A DNA stretch of 64,000 nucleotides from Octopus sinensis (lineage: Eukaryota), in NCBI RefSeq assembly GCF_006345805.1, contig NC_043013.1, positions 26,722,001 through 26,786,000 on the forward strand, given 5' to 3'. A program made the translations under genes and the position numbers. The notes under the pieces are model-generated. The model did not search any database. It had not been told where the DNA came from and was given only the letters and a program-made list of their open reading frames with translations. This document shows positions 37,333-50,079 of this stretch, piece by piece (within the stretch, counting starts at the first letter, position 1; every line of letters starts with the position of its first letter).

Positions 37333-37372
37333 GATGCATGCATTTTGGAGTAATTATCTCCTCTTCAGCATC
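37333..37372 (-). ncRNA. Degenerate hammerhead (GAAA->AAAA, N17=G)
   Basis: Minus: GAUG-CUGAAGA-GGAG auaauua CUCC-AAAA-UGCA-UG-CAUC; all three stems pair. Confidence 0.55.
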
Positions 37373-37767
37373 AGACACTGGAAGTGGGAGGCACAATGGA
37401 CTGATTTTGTTAATCAGTAGACTGGCTGCAATAAAATATGAAATGAAATCAGTGATGTGTATAAATATAAAGTTGTATTTTATTTTTTACTATTTTTAGC
37501 ATTTGTTATGCAAAATTTAGACTGAATTAAATGAAATCAAATGTCCTTGTCCTGCCTTGCCTAATTTTTTGCCTTTCCTCACTACTTTAACCTACTGGCT
37601 CAAAGGAGAGCCGCTTCTAGCAGTTTTGATGAAGACAATCACATAACCACAACTTCAACAACTGTTCAAACTGGAATTTTGGTCGCACATCTATTTGAGC
37701 ACTCAGAACACATTACCTTCTAGTTTGAAACATCCTGTCGATGTCTATATAAGCTTGTATAAAGAAC

Positions 37768-37813
<46 letters not shown>

Positions 37814-37900
37814 AAAGTTTACGAAAAAACAAAAGACAAAGACAGGTGGTGTACAAAACAAACATATGTATTAGTATAATGCTCAGGAATAGAAAAAGTT

Positions 37901-37934
37901 TTTTACATTTCGAGCCTACGCTCTTCTACAGAAA
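37901..37934 (-). ncRNA. Degenerate hammerhead (CUGUAGA core)
   Basis: Minus: UUU-CUGUAGA-A-GAGC guag GCUC-GAAA-UG-UA-AAA; host repeat 37810-37970 is also present reversed at 27121-27192. Confidence 0.5.
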
Positions 37935-38039
37935 GGGACACAGAAAAAACAAGGAGAGAAAAAAAATGTGTGTAGTGGCTAATGATCTATATATATATAT
38001 ATGCGTGTGTGTCCTTGTGTTTGTGCCTTAGAACTCCCT

Positions 38040-38230
38040 GACTCCAAAGTTGGTTTGTTTATATCCTTGCACCATAGCAGTTTGGCAAAAGAGACCGATA
38101 GAATAAATGTCAGATTTAAAGAGTAAAACCAAGTACTGGGATTGATTTGTTCGACTAAATCCTTCAAGGTGGTGCCCCAGCATGGCCACAGTCCAACACC
38201 TGAAACAAATAAAGGGTAAAAGATAAAACG
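38040..38230 (-). mobile_element. SINE family C
   Basis: Reverse of family C motifs. Confidence 0.72.
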
Positions 38231-38287
38231 CATAATCCAAATGAGAAACCAACTTTCAATTTCCATTATTTTTCTGTTTTGTTTAAG

Positions 38288-38342
38288 ATATTTTGTGGCA
38301 CAGGTGGAGTTGAAAGTCCTTTTTGGCTACGGTAGGAACCAG
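38288..38342 (+). CDS. Candidate internal exon
   Basis: ttttctgttttgtttaag acceptor, CAG|GTAACA donor; frame YFVAQVELKVLFGYGRNQ (alternative donor after 38331). Confidence 0.25.
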
Positions 38343-39216
38343 GTAACAAGCAAGATCAATTGAGATCAGTTGAGCTTCTCAGTATCTCAGCTAGAGTGGT
38401 AGAAATGGGGGTGAAACACCTTAGGATGACACTTTTATGGGTGTGGCATTTTAGGGTCTGCTGTACAAACTTGTATTAGGGAATGCAGGTGGAAGATTGG
38501 CAAAGTCAAGGGTGGCCACCGATGGAAAGAACTCCTTAATGGAACTCATTAATGTGTGCCATTTCCCCCATCCATAACCGCTCCCTCCCCTCCCCCTACC
38601 TCCTTGCACCTCCCATCTCACCCACCTTCCATCTCCTCCCACCTTCCACTTAACCACTTCCTCTAACACCCCACTCAAAACCTCCCTCACCTCTTCACTG
38701 TATTCATTAACACATGCCAACCCCAGCCCTACTCCCTTCCCTCTGCTGCCACCACCACCATTGACTGCGGACATCTCAGAGTTTCCAGAATAGTTATTCC
38801 ACTGGCTTGCTGTTTCATACTGCCAACTACCCAACCCTGCCAAAACAGCTGAGCTACGTTTACCCAAACACTTGAACAGGATTACCATAATATTATACCA
38901 TTATATTGTAACGTTTTCAGAACAATGAATATTCTCTCATCTTCTGATAATGACATTTTTTTTTCTAAAACATATAAAACAATGTATATTTCAAAAGATA
39001 TTCACACCAAAATAGCTAAGACAGTATTAACAATATATAAAACCAAAACTGCAATAAAATAAGAAATATATTATTTAAATGCCAGAGAGACTTTTGAATC
39101 ACTTTGTACTTTTACTATTTTGATGAAAACCAAACACTTGTACTCTTAATTAGATTATATATATATATATATAATATATATATATTATATATATATATAT
39201 AGAAAAAGTATAAGTG

Positions 39217-39277
<61 letters not shown>

Positions 39278-39809
39278 ATAAGTATATATATATATATATA
39301 TTTATACATACATACATATATATGTATATATATATATATAATAACATATATATTATATATATACATATACATGTATGTATGTATGTTTATATATAAATAT
39401 ATATATATATTATATACACACATGCACACAAATACACACACATATATATATAAATGTATATATATATATATATATATTATACACACACACATACACACAA
39501 AATATGAATGCATATATGTGTGACTGTCTCTGTATGTATGTACATTTATGTCTGTTGCATTAAAACCATGATTGTTGTATTTTGTTTTGTATTTCCTTAT
39601 ATATTCTTTAGCGTTTATTTAGAACAGCAGTTTCCAGATGTGACTACTGGTTCTTGTGTTTGTTCTCACACATAATACATGAAGATCAGAGGTGTGAGAT
39701 GTTTAGGATCATGAGAGAGAACTATTTTTGTGACTCTGGTTTAAAAGAGCCAGCTCATAGTGAAGAGGAGAAAGAGAGAGAGAGAAGCCAGGACTAAACA
39801 CATGATAGA

Positions 39810-40160
39810 AAATGGCTTCAAGTGGTGGCTGTCTATCAAATAGCACCATCCAAACATGGTCAATGCTAGCCTCCCTCCCCAACTGGCTCCTGTGCTGGTG
39901 GCACATAAAAAGCACCATCCGAACGTGGCTAATGCCAGTGTCGTCTGACTGGCTCCCATGCCAGTGGCACATAAAAAGCACCCACTACACTCTCAAAGTG
40001 GTTGGCATTAGGAAGGGCATCCAGCTGTAGAAAACTTACCAGAGCAGATTGGAGCATCAGATTGGAGCCTGGTGCAGCCTCCTAGCTTGCCAGTACCCAG
40101 TCAAACCATCCAACCCATGCCAGCATGGAAAACAGACGTTAAATGATGATGATGATGATG
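39810..40160 (-). mobile_element. SINE family D with internal repeats
   Basis: gtggttggcattaggaagggcatccagctgtagaaa..ccaacccatgccagcatggaaa. Confidence 0.78.
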
Positions 40161-40169
40161 ACATGACTT

Positions 40170-40500
40170 AGTGATTGGGGTAATTGGCTTGTGACCTTAA
40201 GGTTGTGAGTTTCATTACCAGCAACGTGTTGCGTCCTTGAACAAGATACTTTATTTCACATTGCTTGAGTTCACTCAATCAGCAAAAATGATTAGTAACT
40301 GTAATTCAGAAATGCCAGCCATGTCACATTTTGTGTCACACTGAATCACCCTGAGAACTACATTGAGGGCACATGTGTCTGTGGAGTGTTCGACCACTTG
40401 CACATTAATTTCGTGAGCAGGCTGCTCCCTTGATCTTATCAGCTGGAATACTTGTTGCCATAACCAATGGACTGCTGCTACACAATCATTCACCACAATT
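40170..40500 (+). mobile_element. SINE related to family E
   Basis: ggttgtgagtt..caagatactttatttcacattgc..gaatcaccctgagaactac..gtctgtggagtg; copies at 45025 and 60115. Confidence 0.7.
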
Positions 40501-40569
40501 CACATACAGGCTACAGCTACTGACTTTTCACGGCACTTTGTGTCATTAGCTAAGTGTTGTAACAAGATA

Positions 40570-40948
40570 CACTACCGTCAGAAATTAATTAGCACCCTTG
40601 ATTTGCTCTTCACTCAAGGTATGTGCTGTCACCTAGTGGCCATATCTCGAACTATTGCTTTGTTGCGAATTCACTGTTGCGCAGAACGATGACATAACTT
40701 TGTGTTTGCAGAGCAGTTGAGAGTCCACAGCCTTAGATGTTGACATGCAGTGCAACAACAACTTGGAGTGCGGATGCAGACAAATCTTCCTTTGTTTAAT
40801 AGATATAGGTAGCGCCTCGCAAGGACCGAAATCACACCATACTAAGTTTTCTCATCGCGTAAGACGTTTTGATCAGCTCATAGGTTAATTGATTTAACCT
40901 ATTTAATGTAGAAATTTGAGAAGTGCTAATTAATTTCTGACGCAAGTG
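40570..40948. mobile_element. Tc1-like non-autonomous element (379 bp)
   Basis: TA|CACTACCGTCAGAAATTAATTAGCAC ... GTGCTAATTAATTTCTGACGCAAGTG|TA. Confidence 0.8.
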
Positions 40949-41144
40949 TAGGTACTGAAGTTTGCTTCCATCTTCCACCCAACAGTGATCCTGAGCAATT
41001 GGGCAAAGTGCAACTGGGGAAGTTGGAATCGAGTAACACGTGCCCATTCCAGCAGTGTCAAATACCAAATTGTGTCTTTGCTGTCATGTCATGCTTCCAT
41101 CACCCAGGGCCATCAAAGAGATTTCATTCCTTCACATTCTAGAA

Positions 41145-41310
41145 CAGGCATGGGCAACCTTTTTCTGAGAAGTGGGCCACATTAGACATGAATCATCATC
41201 AGTCTGCCACATGACGAAAATAATTCAGGGTAATTTTCCATTAGGTGCGCCATTCAGAAATTCCTGTGGATTATAGTAATGGCCCATGGGCTGCAGTTTG
41301 CCTGTGGCTG
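41145..41310. mobile_element. hAT-type MITE (166 bp)
   Basis: CAGGCATGGGCAACC ... GTTTGCCTGTGGCTG; 8-bp flanks TTCTAGAA / TTCCAAAA (6/8 match). Confidence 0.58.
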
Positions 41311-42075
41311 TTCCAAAATAATCATTTCTTGACAAAGGCTTTAAGTCAGAATTTCATAGTGGTAAGTGGGGAACTCAGTTAGTTACATTAATCTAGTACT
41401 TGGTGGCTATTTATTATAACAGCCCCCAAAAGCATAAAATAATAACAATAATAATTATTATTATTTATTAACTAAAACCTATCACACTAGATCTAGCTTC
41501 ATTGAGAAATGGGAGATAATATGCCCTGTTCATTAGCTGCCAGTGCCAAATATGGCCAACTGGCCACCTCTCCGCCTCCCCTCTTTTTACTATAAAATAT
41601 CTACCAAGAGATTGCAACCTTTGTAGTTCTGTTATCTACCATAATAGAAAGAAACATTTATAATAATAGTACTTAGCTATTGGCTAGTCTTCTTTTGAAG
41701 ATGCACTCTACCTCACCTCTGTACCACACATAGATACACACAGACATAGCACACACATGCACACATAGAGACACACTAGACACACACACACACACACACA
41801 CATGCACACAATTGCACACAGAATCACACACATTAAAATAGACATCATGATGTTTGTTTTCATGGACAGAAGTGACAGAAATGATAAACATTGACATGCA
41901 AGGAGGAGGATAAAATCATTCAGCAGAGGAAGTTTTTTTCTTTCTTTAAAAAAAAAAAAGCTGTTTTCATGGGGAAAAAAAATTATACAATAAAATAAAA
42001 TAAAAATGCAAAAATTGCAACAACAACAACAACAACAATAACAACAATAATAATAATGATAACAACAACAAAAAC

Positions 42076-42116
<41 letters not shown>

Positions 42117-42857
42117 TAATAATAAATGTAGTTGGCTGAAAGCATTATTCCATTAGCTTGTCTAAATAAATTTACTTTTCTACCATCACTTGTTCTACAA
42201 TAATTGCTGTAAGGTCACTTCATGTTCTCCTCATTTTTTTACTCTTTATTTCATGTTAGGCTATTTTTTTAGCTGCATTTTTATATTTATTTATTTATTT
42301 ATGAATTTCATTGAAATATTTTTTCAAAAATTTATCTAAATAGCTTTTTATACACACACACACTTATATGTCTTTTTTTTTAATATTTTTCTTTAGAAAA
42401 TATATTTCATTAAATTAAACACACAAATAAAAACAAAAATTAAAATAAAATCTACAGAAAAAAATTAAAATAGAATCTACAAAAAAAAAATTAAACATGC
42501 AAAAAGGAAAGTTATTACCATAAAAAAACAATTAAGAAAAAAAAGAAAAAATCTCCCTACTCGACGCTCTCTCCGCCCCGCCACCGCCAAAACACAAAGT
42601 AAATTTATGAATACCTTTTATTCCAGTACATAGATAACAAGATATCCTAACATATGTTTACATTTATTCAGACTTAGAACTATATATGTGTGCCAAACAA
42701 TATAAATGTGTGTGTGTGTATGTGTGTATGTGTGTATGTGTGTGTGTGTGTATGTGTGTATATCTGTGTGTGTGTGTTGTGTGTGTGTGTGTGTGTGTAT
42801 GCATCAATGCACCAACATATAAAACATTCACATGTATGCACATATGCATTTCATATA

Positions 42858-42917
<60 letters not shown>

Positions 42918-42960
42918 TAGATACATACATCATATTATACATGCACATTTTTGTAAATAT

Positions 42961-42995
<35 letters not shown>

Positions 42996-43212
42996 TCATG
43001 CATACATATATGTACATATATATGTATTATACAAGCACATTATACATACATATATATATACACATGTGTGTGCATATAAATTATGTGTATATATGTGTGT
43101 GTATTATGTATATATGTATATATATATACATATACATATACTATATATACATATATATATACATATATATATATGTATATATATGTATATATGTATATAT
43201 ATATAATATTTA

Positions 43213-43245
<33 letters not shown>

Positions 43246-43403
43246 CTATATATCATCACACACTATACACACGCAGAGGCATACATATATACACATGCTA
43301 ATGTACATACTTATGCATGTATCCATATAATATTTTTTGTCTATAGATATTCATATAAATTTAAAAGTTGGAATGTTTTAAATGTGTACATTGAGATATT
43401 ATA

Positions 43404-43446
<43 letters not shown>

Positions 43447-43463
43447 CATATATATATATATAT

Positions 43464-43517
<54 letters not shown>

Positions 43518-43998
43518 TAGATTTATAGATATATATATATATACATACCTATATATACATACATATATATATATATTATATATAATATATATATATATTA
43601 TATATATATATGTGTATATGTATATATTATGTGTATGTGTGTGTATATATATATGTGTGTGTGTGTGTGTGTTTGTATGTATAATATATATACATACATC
43701 TACATAAATACATACATACATACACACACACACACATATATATGTATATTTATATAAAATATAATTAAGATTCAGTTGAATTAGGCACTTAAGTTGAGGC
43801 ACCGTGTTAGGTCAGAATAATATACAGACACAACAATATTAAGTAAATATCAAACTTGGTACATAGGTACCAGCTGAACAATATTCTTGTAGTGTATGTA
43901 GACACCTGTACCTTTTTGTTACCCTTTATATATATATATATATAATATATTATATATATAAATATACACACACACTGTATATATGTATACATACATAC

Positions 43999-44041
<43 letters not shown>

Positions 44042-45024
44042 ATTATATATATATATATATATAGATAGATAGATGATGAATAGATAGATGATAGATAGAT
44101 AGATAATAGATAGATAGATAGATAGTATAGATACAAATCATGCACACACACATGTGTGTATAAATGCATATGTGTGTAAGTGCAAGCGTATGACGTATAG
44201 GTAAGCATATATAAAAAGTATGTACATATGTGTGTGAGTGCGTGTGCATGCATATATATGGAAATATTCACACAGGCAGATATATCTCTATCTTTTGTAT
44301 CTATCTATCTATCTTTTTTCTGTCTCTGATTAAATCAGCGATATTTAGAAAAAATTTTTTTTAATGTTTTGCCTGTCAGATTCTTCAAAGACTTCTTGAC
44401 CATCCATTAAATGACGCAGTAGGCTCACATATGAAAGAGAGCCAAGAGAGATGAGAGGAAAAGTGAGAGAGAGGAGACAGAGAGGAGAAGGGAAAGAGAG
44501 AGATGAGAGAGAGGGGGAGGAGTGAGAGAGAGATAGTAGAGGGACAGATGGTGTTGGTGGAAGGTAAGAAGAGCAAATTAACCATTTCCTACATTGGCAA
44601 CCGATCACAGATTTATAGACATGTATTCAGCTGATTGATTGAATTCCACTGCATGACTGCTGCTTAATATTATCAACCCCTGGGAGATGAAATATAAAGT
44701 CGACCTTCACAGGATTTGAAACCAAAATCTTTCAGGACAGAATACTAAAAGTAAAATACTGAATGAGAAAACCAGACTTTAAAAAAATACAAGAGTACTG
44801 AGGTGAATTTGCTTGACTAAAACCATTCAAGGCAGTGCCCCAGCCTGGCCACAGTCCAATGGCTGAAACAAATAAAAGGTACAAAATGACAATAAAGAAA
44901 TAAAAAAAAAACTTGTCTTGTGATTCACATTACTTTCGGTTAATCTCTAATGGTTCCCTAATCTCTGGCTTCTTCTTTAACCTCCTGATAGTGTTTCTTG
45001 TGTGGAAGGTTTGTGATTTAAATA

Positions 45025-45570
45025 GTTAGCATATCAGCTCATGATCATAAGGTTGTGAGTTCGATTCTCAGCAACACATTATGTCCTTCAGCAAAACGTT
45101 TTATTTCACACTACTCCACTCCACTCAACTGGTAAATATAAGTAGTGCCTCATTTTCAAAGGGCCAGCCTTGTCACATTCTGTGTCACACTGAATCTCCT
45201 TGAGAACTAGTTTGTCCCTTAGGAGACGACACGACCGATCTTTCAGCTGAAAAGTTGAATGACAAAGAAAATTGCATTAGTTCATTCAATTTCCTACAAG
45301 AATATATATAGTTTTAAATATAAAAAAATGATTACTTTATCTTTTATAATTTTTTACCAAAAAGTAAGTGCATGCCCTCTGTAGGTTTTTTGAAAAGGGA
45401 TCCATCTTGTTGGCACTGAAACTCCAAATGAAGCTCTGTCTCCAAAGGGTTAAAGGTATGTTAACATGTCTGTGGAGTGCTCAGTCACTTATACATTAAT
45501 TTCACAAGCATCCTGTTCTGCTGATCAGTTCAACTGGGACGTTCATCGTCATAATTGATGAAGTGCCAGG
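45025..45570 (+). mobile_element. E-related SINE interrupted by a MITE
   Basis: Family sequence stops at 45210 and resumes after TTAA at 45453. Confidence 0.7.
45216..45449. mobile_element. piggyBac-type MITE nested in SINE
   Basis: CCCTTAGGAGAC ... GTCTCCAAAGGG|TTAA; left TSD degraded. Confidence 0.62.
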
Positions 45571-45699
45571 TTCTTTTTTTCTTTTTTTAGTGTTCCTCAT
45601 TTATTCTTCTCTTCCATGCTTTCCAAGCTTATCTTTTACCTTATAAAGCTCTATTATCATCATCGTCGCCGTCGTCGTCATCATCATTATTATTATTAT

Positions 45700-46095
45700 G
45701 GTAATAAGCTGGCAGAACCATTAACATGCCAGGCGAAATGCTTAGTGGTATTTCATCTGTCGCTACGTTCTGAGTTCAAATTCTGCCGAGGTCAACTTTG
45801 CCTTTCATCCTTTTGGGGCAGTAAATTAAGTACCAATTACGCACTGGGGTCGATGTAATCGACTTAATCCGTTTGTCTGTCCTTGTTTGTCCTCTCTGTG
45901 TTTAGCCCCTTGTGGGTAGTAAAGAAATAGGTATTTCATCTGTCTTTATGTTCTGAGTTCAAATTGCACCAAGGTCGACGTTACCTTTCATCCTTTCAGG
46001 GTCAGTAAATTAAGTACCAGTGAAACACTGGGGTCAATGTAATTGACTAGTTCCCTTCAACCAAATTAAATTGTGCCTTTAGCAGAAAGGATTGT
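45700..46095 (+). mobile_element. SINE family B, full copy plus tandem partial copy
   Basis: Well-preserved ggcagaa..gttctgagttcaaatt..aagaaataggta, then the sequence restarts. Confidence 0.85.
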
Positions 46096-46119
46096 TACTA
46101 TTATTATTTATTTATTGTC

Positions 46120-46455
46120 TTTGTACAGCTTCTAACACTGGAGATGTACAACAGTGTCAGCTGTTCACTACAATGAACTAAGATAACACCACTTATTTTT
46201 CAAGCACCATCTGGAGTATTTGAGTGGTACCAAGCAGTGGTTTTCTGCAAGTTATCCACCCTTATTGCAGCCCCTATTTGTTCCATGTACTTATCAAGAT
46301 TTTTACTCACTCCGACAATTATTGGTACTACTACCACCTTTTTCATCAACCACAACTGCTTAACTTCCCAACTTCCCAAGCTAACCTGTCATATCTATTG
46401 ACTTTTCTTTCTTCCTTAATGCATACCTTGTTGTCAGTTGGGCATACTATATCTA
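46120..46455 (-). pseudogene. RLE-type non-LTR retrotransposon 3' fragment
   Basis: PTDNKVCIKERRKVNRYDRLAWEV..VVVPIIV; homologous to 9786-10140. Confidence 0.75.
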
Positions 46456-46571
46456 TGATCCAGCATCATTTTCTTCTTCTTCTTCTTCTTCTTCTTTTCT
46501 TCTTCTTCTTTTTCTTCTTTTTCTTCTTCTTCTTCTTCTTCTTCTTCTTCTTCTTCTTCTTCTTCTTCTTC

Positions 46572-46607
<36 letters not shown>

Positions 46608-47614
46608 CTGTTGTTGTTGTTGTTGCTGCTGCTGCTGTTGTTGTTGTTGTTATTATTATTATTATAATTATTATCATCATCAAGGCAACAAACTGGCAGA
46701 ACTGTTAGCATGCTGGTCAAAATGCTTAGCAGTATTTAATCCATCTTAATGTTTTGAGTTCAAATTCTGCTGAGGTTGACTTAGCCTTTCATCCTTTCAG
46801 GATTGATAGAAAAAAGTACTGGGGGTGGGGGGTGATATAATTGACTAGCCCCTCCCCTCAAAATTTCAGGTTTGTGCCTATAATAGAAAAGATTAATATT
46901 ATTATTTAGGTGATGGACTGGCAGAATCATTTGCATTCTGACAAAATGCTCAGCAGTATTTTTTCCAGCTTGTTACATTCTGAGTTCAAATTCCACCAAC
47001 ATCAGCTCTGCCCTCCATCCTTCTGCAGTTGATAAAATAAGTTGATAAACAACTAACTGTAGAGCACTGAGTTCAAGCAGCCATTGGCCAGTCTGAGTAA
47101 TTTCTCTGAACTCATTTTTGTTGAAATCATGGAAATTACTTAGGCCATACTGTAAATATGGCCTCTTTATTGTATTTTGGCAACTGGAAATGAAGTTGGA
47201 AAATTGTACTGATGACAGCTTATTGAGCTAGAAACATTTTAAGATTATCTCCCCTTCTCAGTTTTTTATTTCATGCTGACCACTTGATAAAATCATGAAA
47301 ATGATTTTATCATTAATTCTATAAAGAATAAAAATAAATATATGTATGCGTATGTATGTATGTATGTATGTATGTATGTATGTATGTATGTATGTATGTA
47401 TGTATGTACATGTAGAAGATTGAGTAAAAACTGAGAAGAAACCATGGAGGCTGATTTCAAGATGTTGAACTTCATAAAGATAATGAGTAGGCAGACCCAT
47501 TAAACACATGCAAGCATGGAAAAATACTCACATGGAAGCATGGAAAATACTCACAAATTGATGATGATGATGATGATAACAATGATGATGATGATTAATT
47601 ATTACAATGATACA

Positions 47615-47646
<32 letters not shown>

Positions 47647-47983
47647 GCTTCTTTTATTTTACTGCACACGGCTGCAATTCTTTACTTCTAATCGTATCTT
47701 TACCACACAATGACATGCAATTTCCATTTTCATGCCACACATGTTCTTCCATTCTTGGTTTTATTGTTTCATCTTTGGTTAAAGCTTTTTGATGTTTCAT
47801 GATTGTAATCTTCAGAAGTCATTCTATCCCCCCCTCCCTTCCACCCCTCCATCCCTGACACACACTTAGTACGTATTACCAAAAATGCATTAGTATATTT
47901 TTTAAGTGTGTTATGGAAAATTTCCGTAACGCATCAGGTTTTCCTTTTTAGTATCTGCTGTGTTTTGAAAATGTGTATATGAG

Positions 47984-48050
<67 letters not shown>

Positions 48051-48374
48051 TGAGTGTGTGTATGTAGAATTGAAATCGGTGAGCAAGTTATATCTATATA
48101 GTCTTCTCATGTTGTCTCTGGACCAACATCAATGATTACATCATGTTATGCCCATTATTATGCAAATGAAAGTCTCTCATTCTTCTGGTTGACACATTTT
48201 TCTTCATAAGCACTTTCGTTATCGGTTGATCTTTTTTTAGAATAAGAAAGGAAAGTGGATGAAAATTATTGCTTTTCTTGTTTTTTTCATTTTTCTTTTC
48301 TTTTCTTTTATTTTTGTCAGAATTATCATTATAGGTAAATGACCTGAAGATGTTATGTTACTTATACATTTCCA

Positions 48375-48650
48375 TCAGTCCGTCTTCTCCCGCTTTTTAG
48401 GATCTTATCAGAAACAACCATCCTTAGACTTTCCTGCTGGATTCCCAAGCCAGACCATCTGAGGCTATGGATATTATCCAACCATCTCATTCATTGTCTG
48501 CTCCTGGGTCTCTTGCCAACATGAGAGCAACTGGCTCGATTTGAAGAATCCATCTTGCAATTCTTTCCAGTGACTTCTCAATAAGGAGAAGAAACAGTTC
48601 AACCTGGAAAGAATTCATCATCTCCAAGCTATGCACTCTGTTGAGTAACA
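48375..48650 (-). mobile_element. Decayed RTE-like LINE 3' fragment
   Basis: Minus reading ..GKRPRSRQ*MRWLDNI resembles RTE C-terminus G.R..GRP..RW.D. Confidence 0.45.
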
Positions 48651-48864
48651 TTTAATATTCAATATTTCCTACTAACTCTGTATCCATGGACAGATTTTTC
48701 AGTATTTTGTATATCTTATGATATGGTAAAGAAACAACAAATCATGAACAAATTAATTATGTCATTCCAGAAAATGTTTTAATTTTAAATCAGGAAAGTA
48801 GAGACAGACAAAGGAAGAAGAAAAATGAGATTCAGTCACATATTACTTTTGAAATACTGGTGTT

Positions 48865-49106
48865 ACGTAAAAGCCACCTGTGCTGGTGCCATGTAAAAGA
48901 ATATCATTGCTGGTGTGAAGCATAAAGCACCAGGGTTGGTGCCATGTAAAAAGCAGCCAGTACACTGTGTAAAAATGTTGGTCTTAGGAAAGGCATCCAG
49001 CCATAGAAACCATACCAAAACAGATGTCTGGAGCCTGGTGCAGCCCTCTGGCTTGCTGCCCCCTATAAACTATCCTACCTATGCCAGCATGGAAAATGAA
49101 TGTTAA

Positions 49107-49110
<4 letters not shown>
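48865..49110 (-). mobile_element. SINE family D
   Basis: Reverse family D motifs followed by (ATT)n. Confidence 0.7.
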
Positions 49111-49171
<61 letters not shown>

Positions 49172-49172
<1 letters not shown>

Positions 49173-49960
49173 CCCTTGACAACGGTTGACACAAATATGT
49201 GATCACACTTTTGCTTGCCTAACCGCACTTAATGTAAATATACGATGTAGAGCTGCCATACATCTATCATGGACTTTTAGCCGCTGACGTATGTTTATAA
49301 AGTCATGACACTAGCAGTCAACCAATGACATACGGATACTTTACATGCATATGCATTGGTACAGGAGGCATAAAACTAATGGTCTCCAGCAAAAACGCAT
49401 CATAATTCAAAATGTCTTCAAATCAATTACAACAAGTTCTGCGTTTACACTTCGGTCCTCCATTAGTGAATTTATGCTAGTCATCACGCCTGACTACACC
49501 TGCGGCAACCAACTCATTCTTGTGTCAAACGTTGGCATGACCAACACCTACGTCAACTAGCTCGATGTCAACTCGCTTGTTGTCAACTCGCTCATCATCA
49601 ACTCACTCGTCGTCAACTCACTTGTTGTCATGTTAAACATATGCTTGACCGACACCTACATGTGAAACTGAGCCATGACCTTGTACTTCCGGTGTTGCTG
49701 CAGCTGCTGTGGAGGCCAGTGATACTCCTTGAGCAAATTTGCGGTTGCGTCCGAGTACATCAGCTGCTTCGCGTCAGACCACACCCACATCCTCAGCTCG
49801 ATCGTCAGCTGCTGCTGCTGAATCGAGAGGTACTGTTGATTCAGGATCAGACTTTTCTGATGATTTTGACTCATGTGATGGTGATTCTGGCTCTGAGTTT
49901 TTGCCGAACTCTGATTCGGATGACTCTGATCTGGGTACTTTGCAATTACCGTGAAAAACA
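49172..49960 (+). mobile_element. piggyBac-like element 5' part with acidic transposase N-terminus remnant
   Basis: TTAA|CCCCTTGACAACGG start; ORF 49739-49954 DSGSDFSDDFDSCDGDSGSEFLPNSDSDDSD; no right TIR found. Confidence 0.48.
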
Positions 49961-50079
49961 GAAGGGCAAGAGTCGATGGCTCTGGCCAACAGAATGCGGT
50001 GTGGCAGAGAATAGACAAATTTCCATGATGATACTAGTACTAGGTTTTGAAAATAAGTAATTCCTCCCCTTTCTCCCCT

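Noticed and set aside
38451-38888. 145-aa minus-strand ORF
   Set aside because: Largely a G-rich low-complexity stretch; no motif I can assign with confidence.
48722-48925. 67-codon stop-free frame YGKETTNHEQINYVIPENVL..
   Set aside because: In-frame TGA immediately upstream, no good acceptor or start, and it runs into a SINE.
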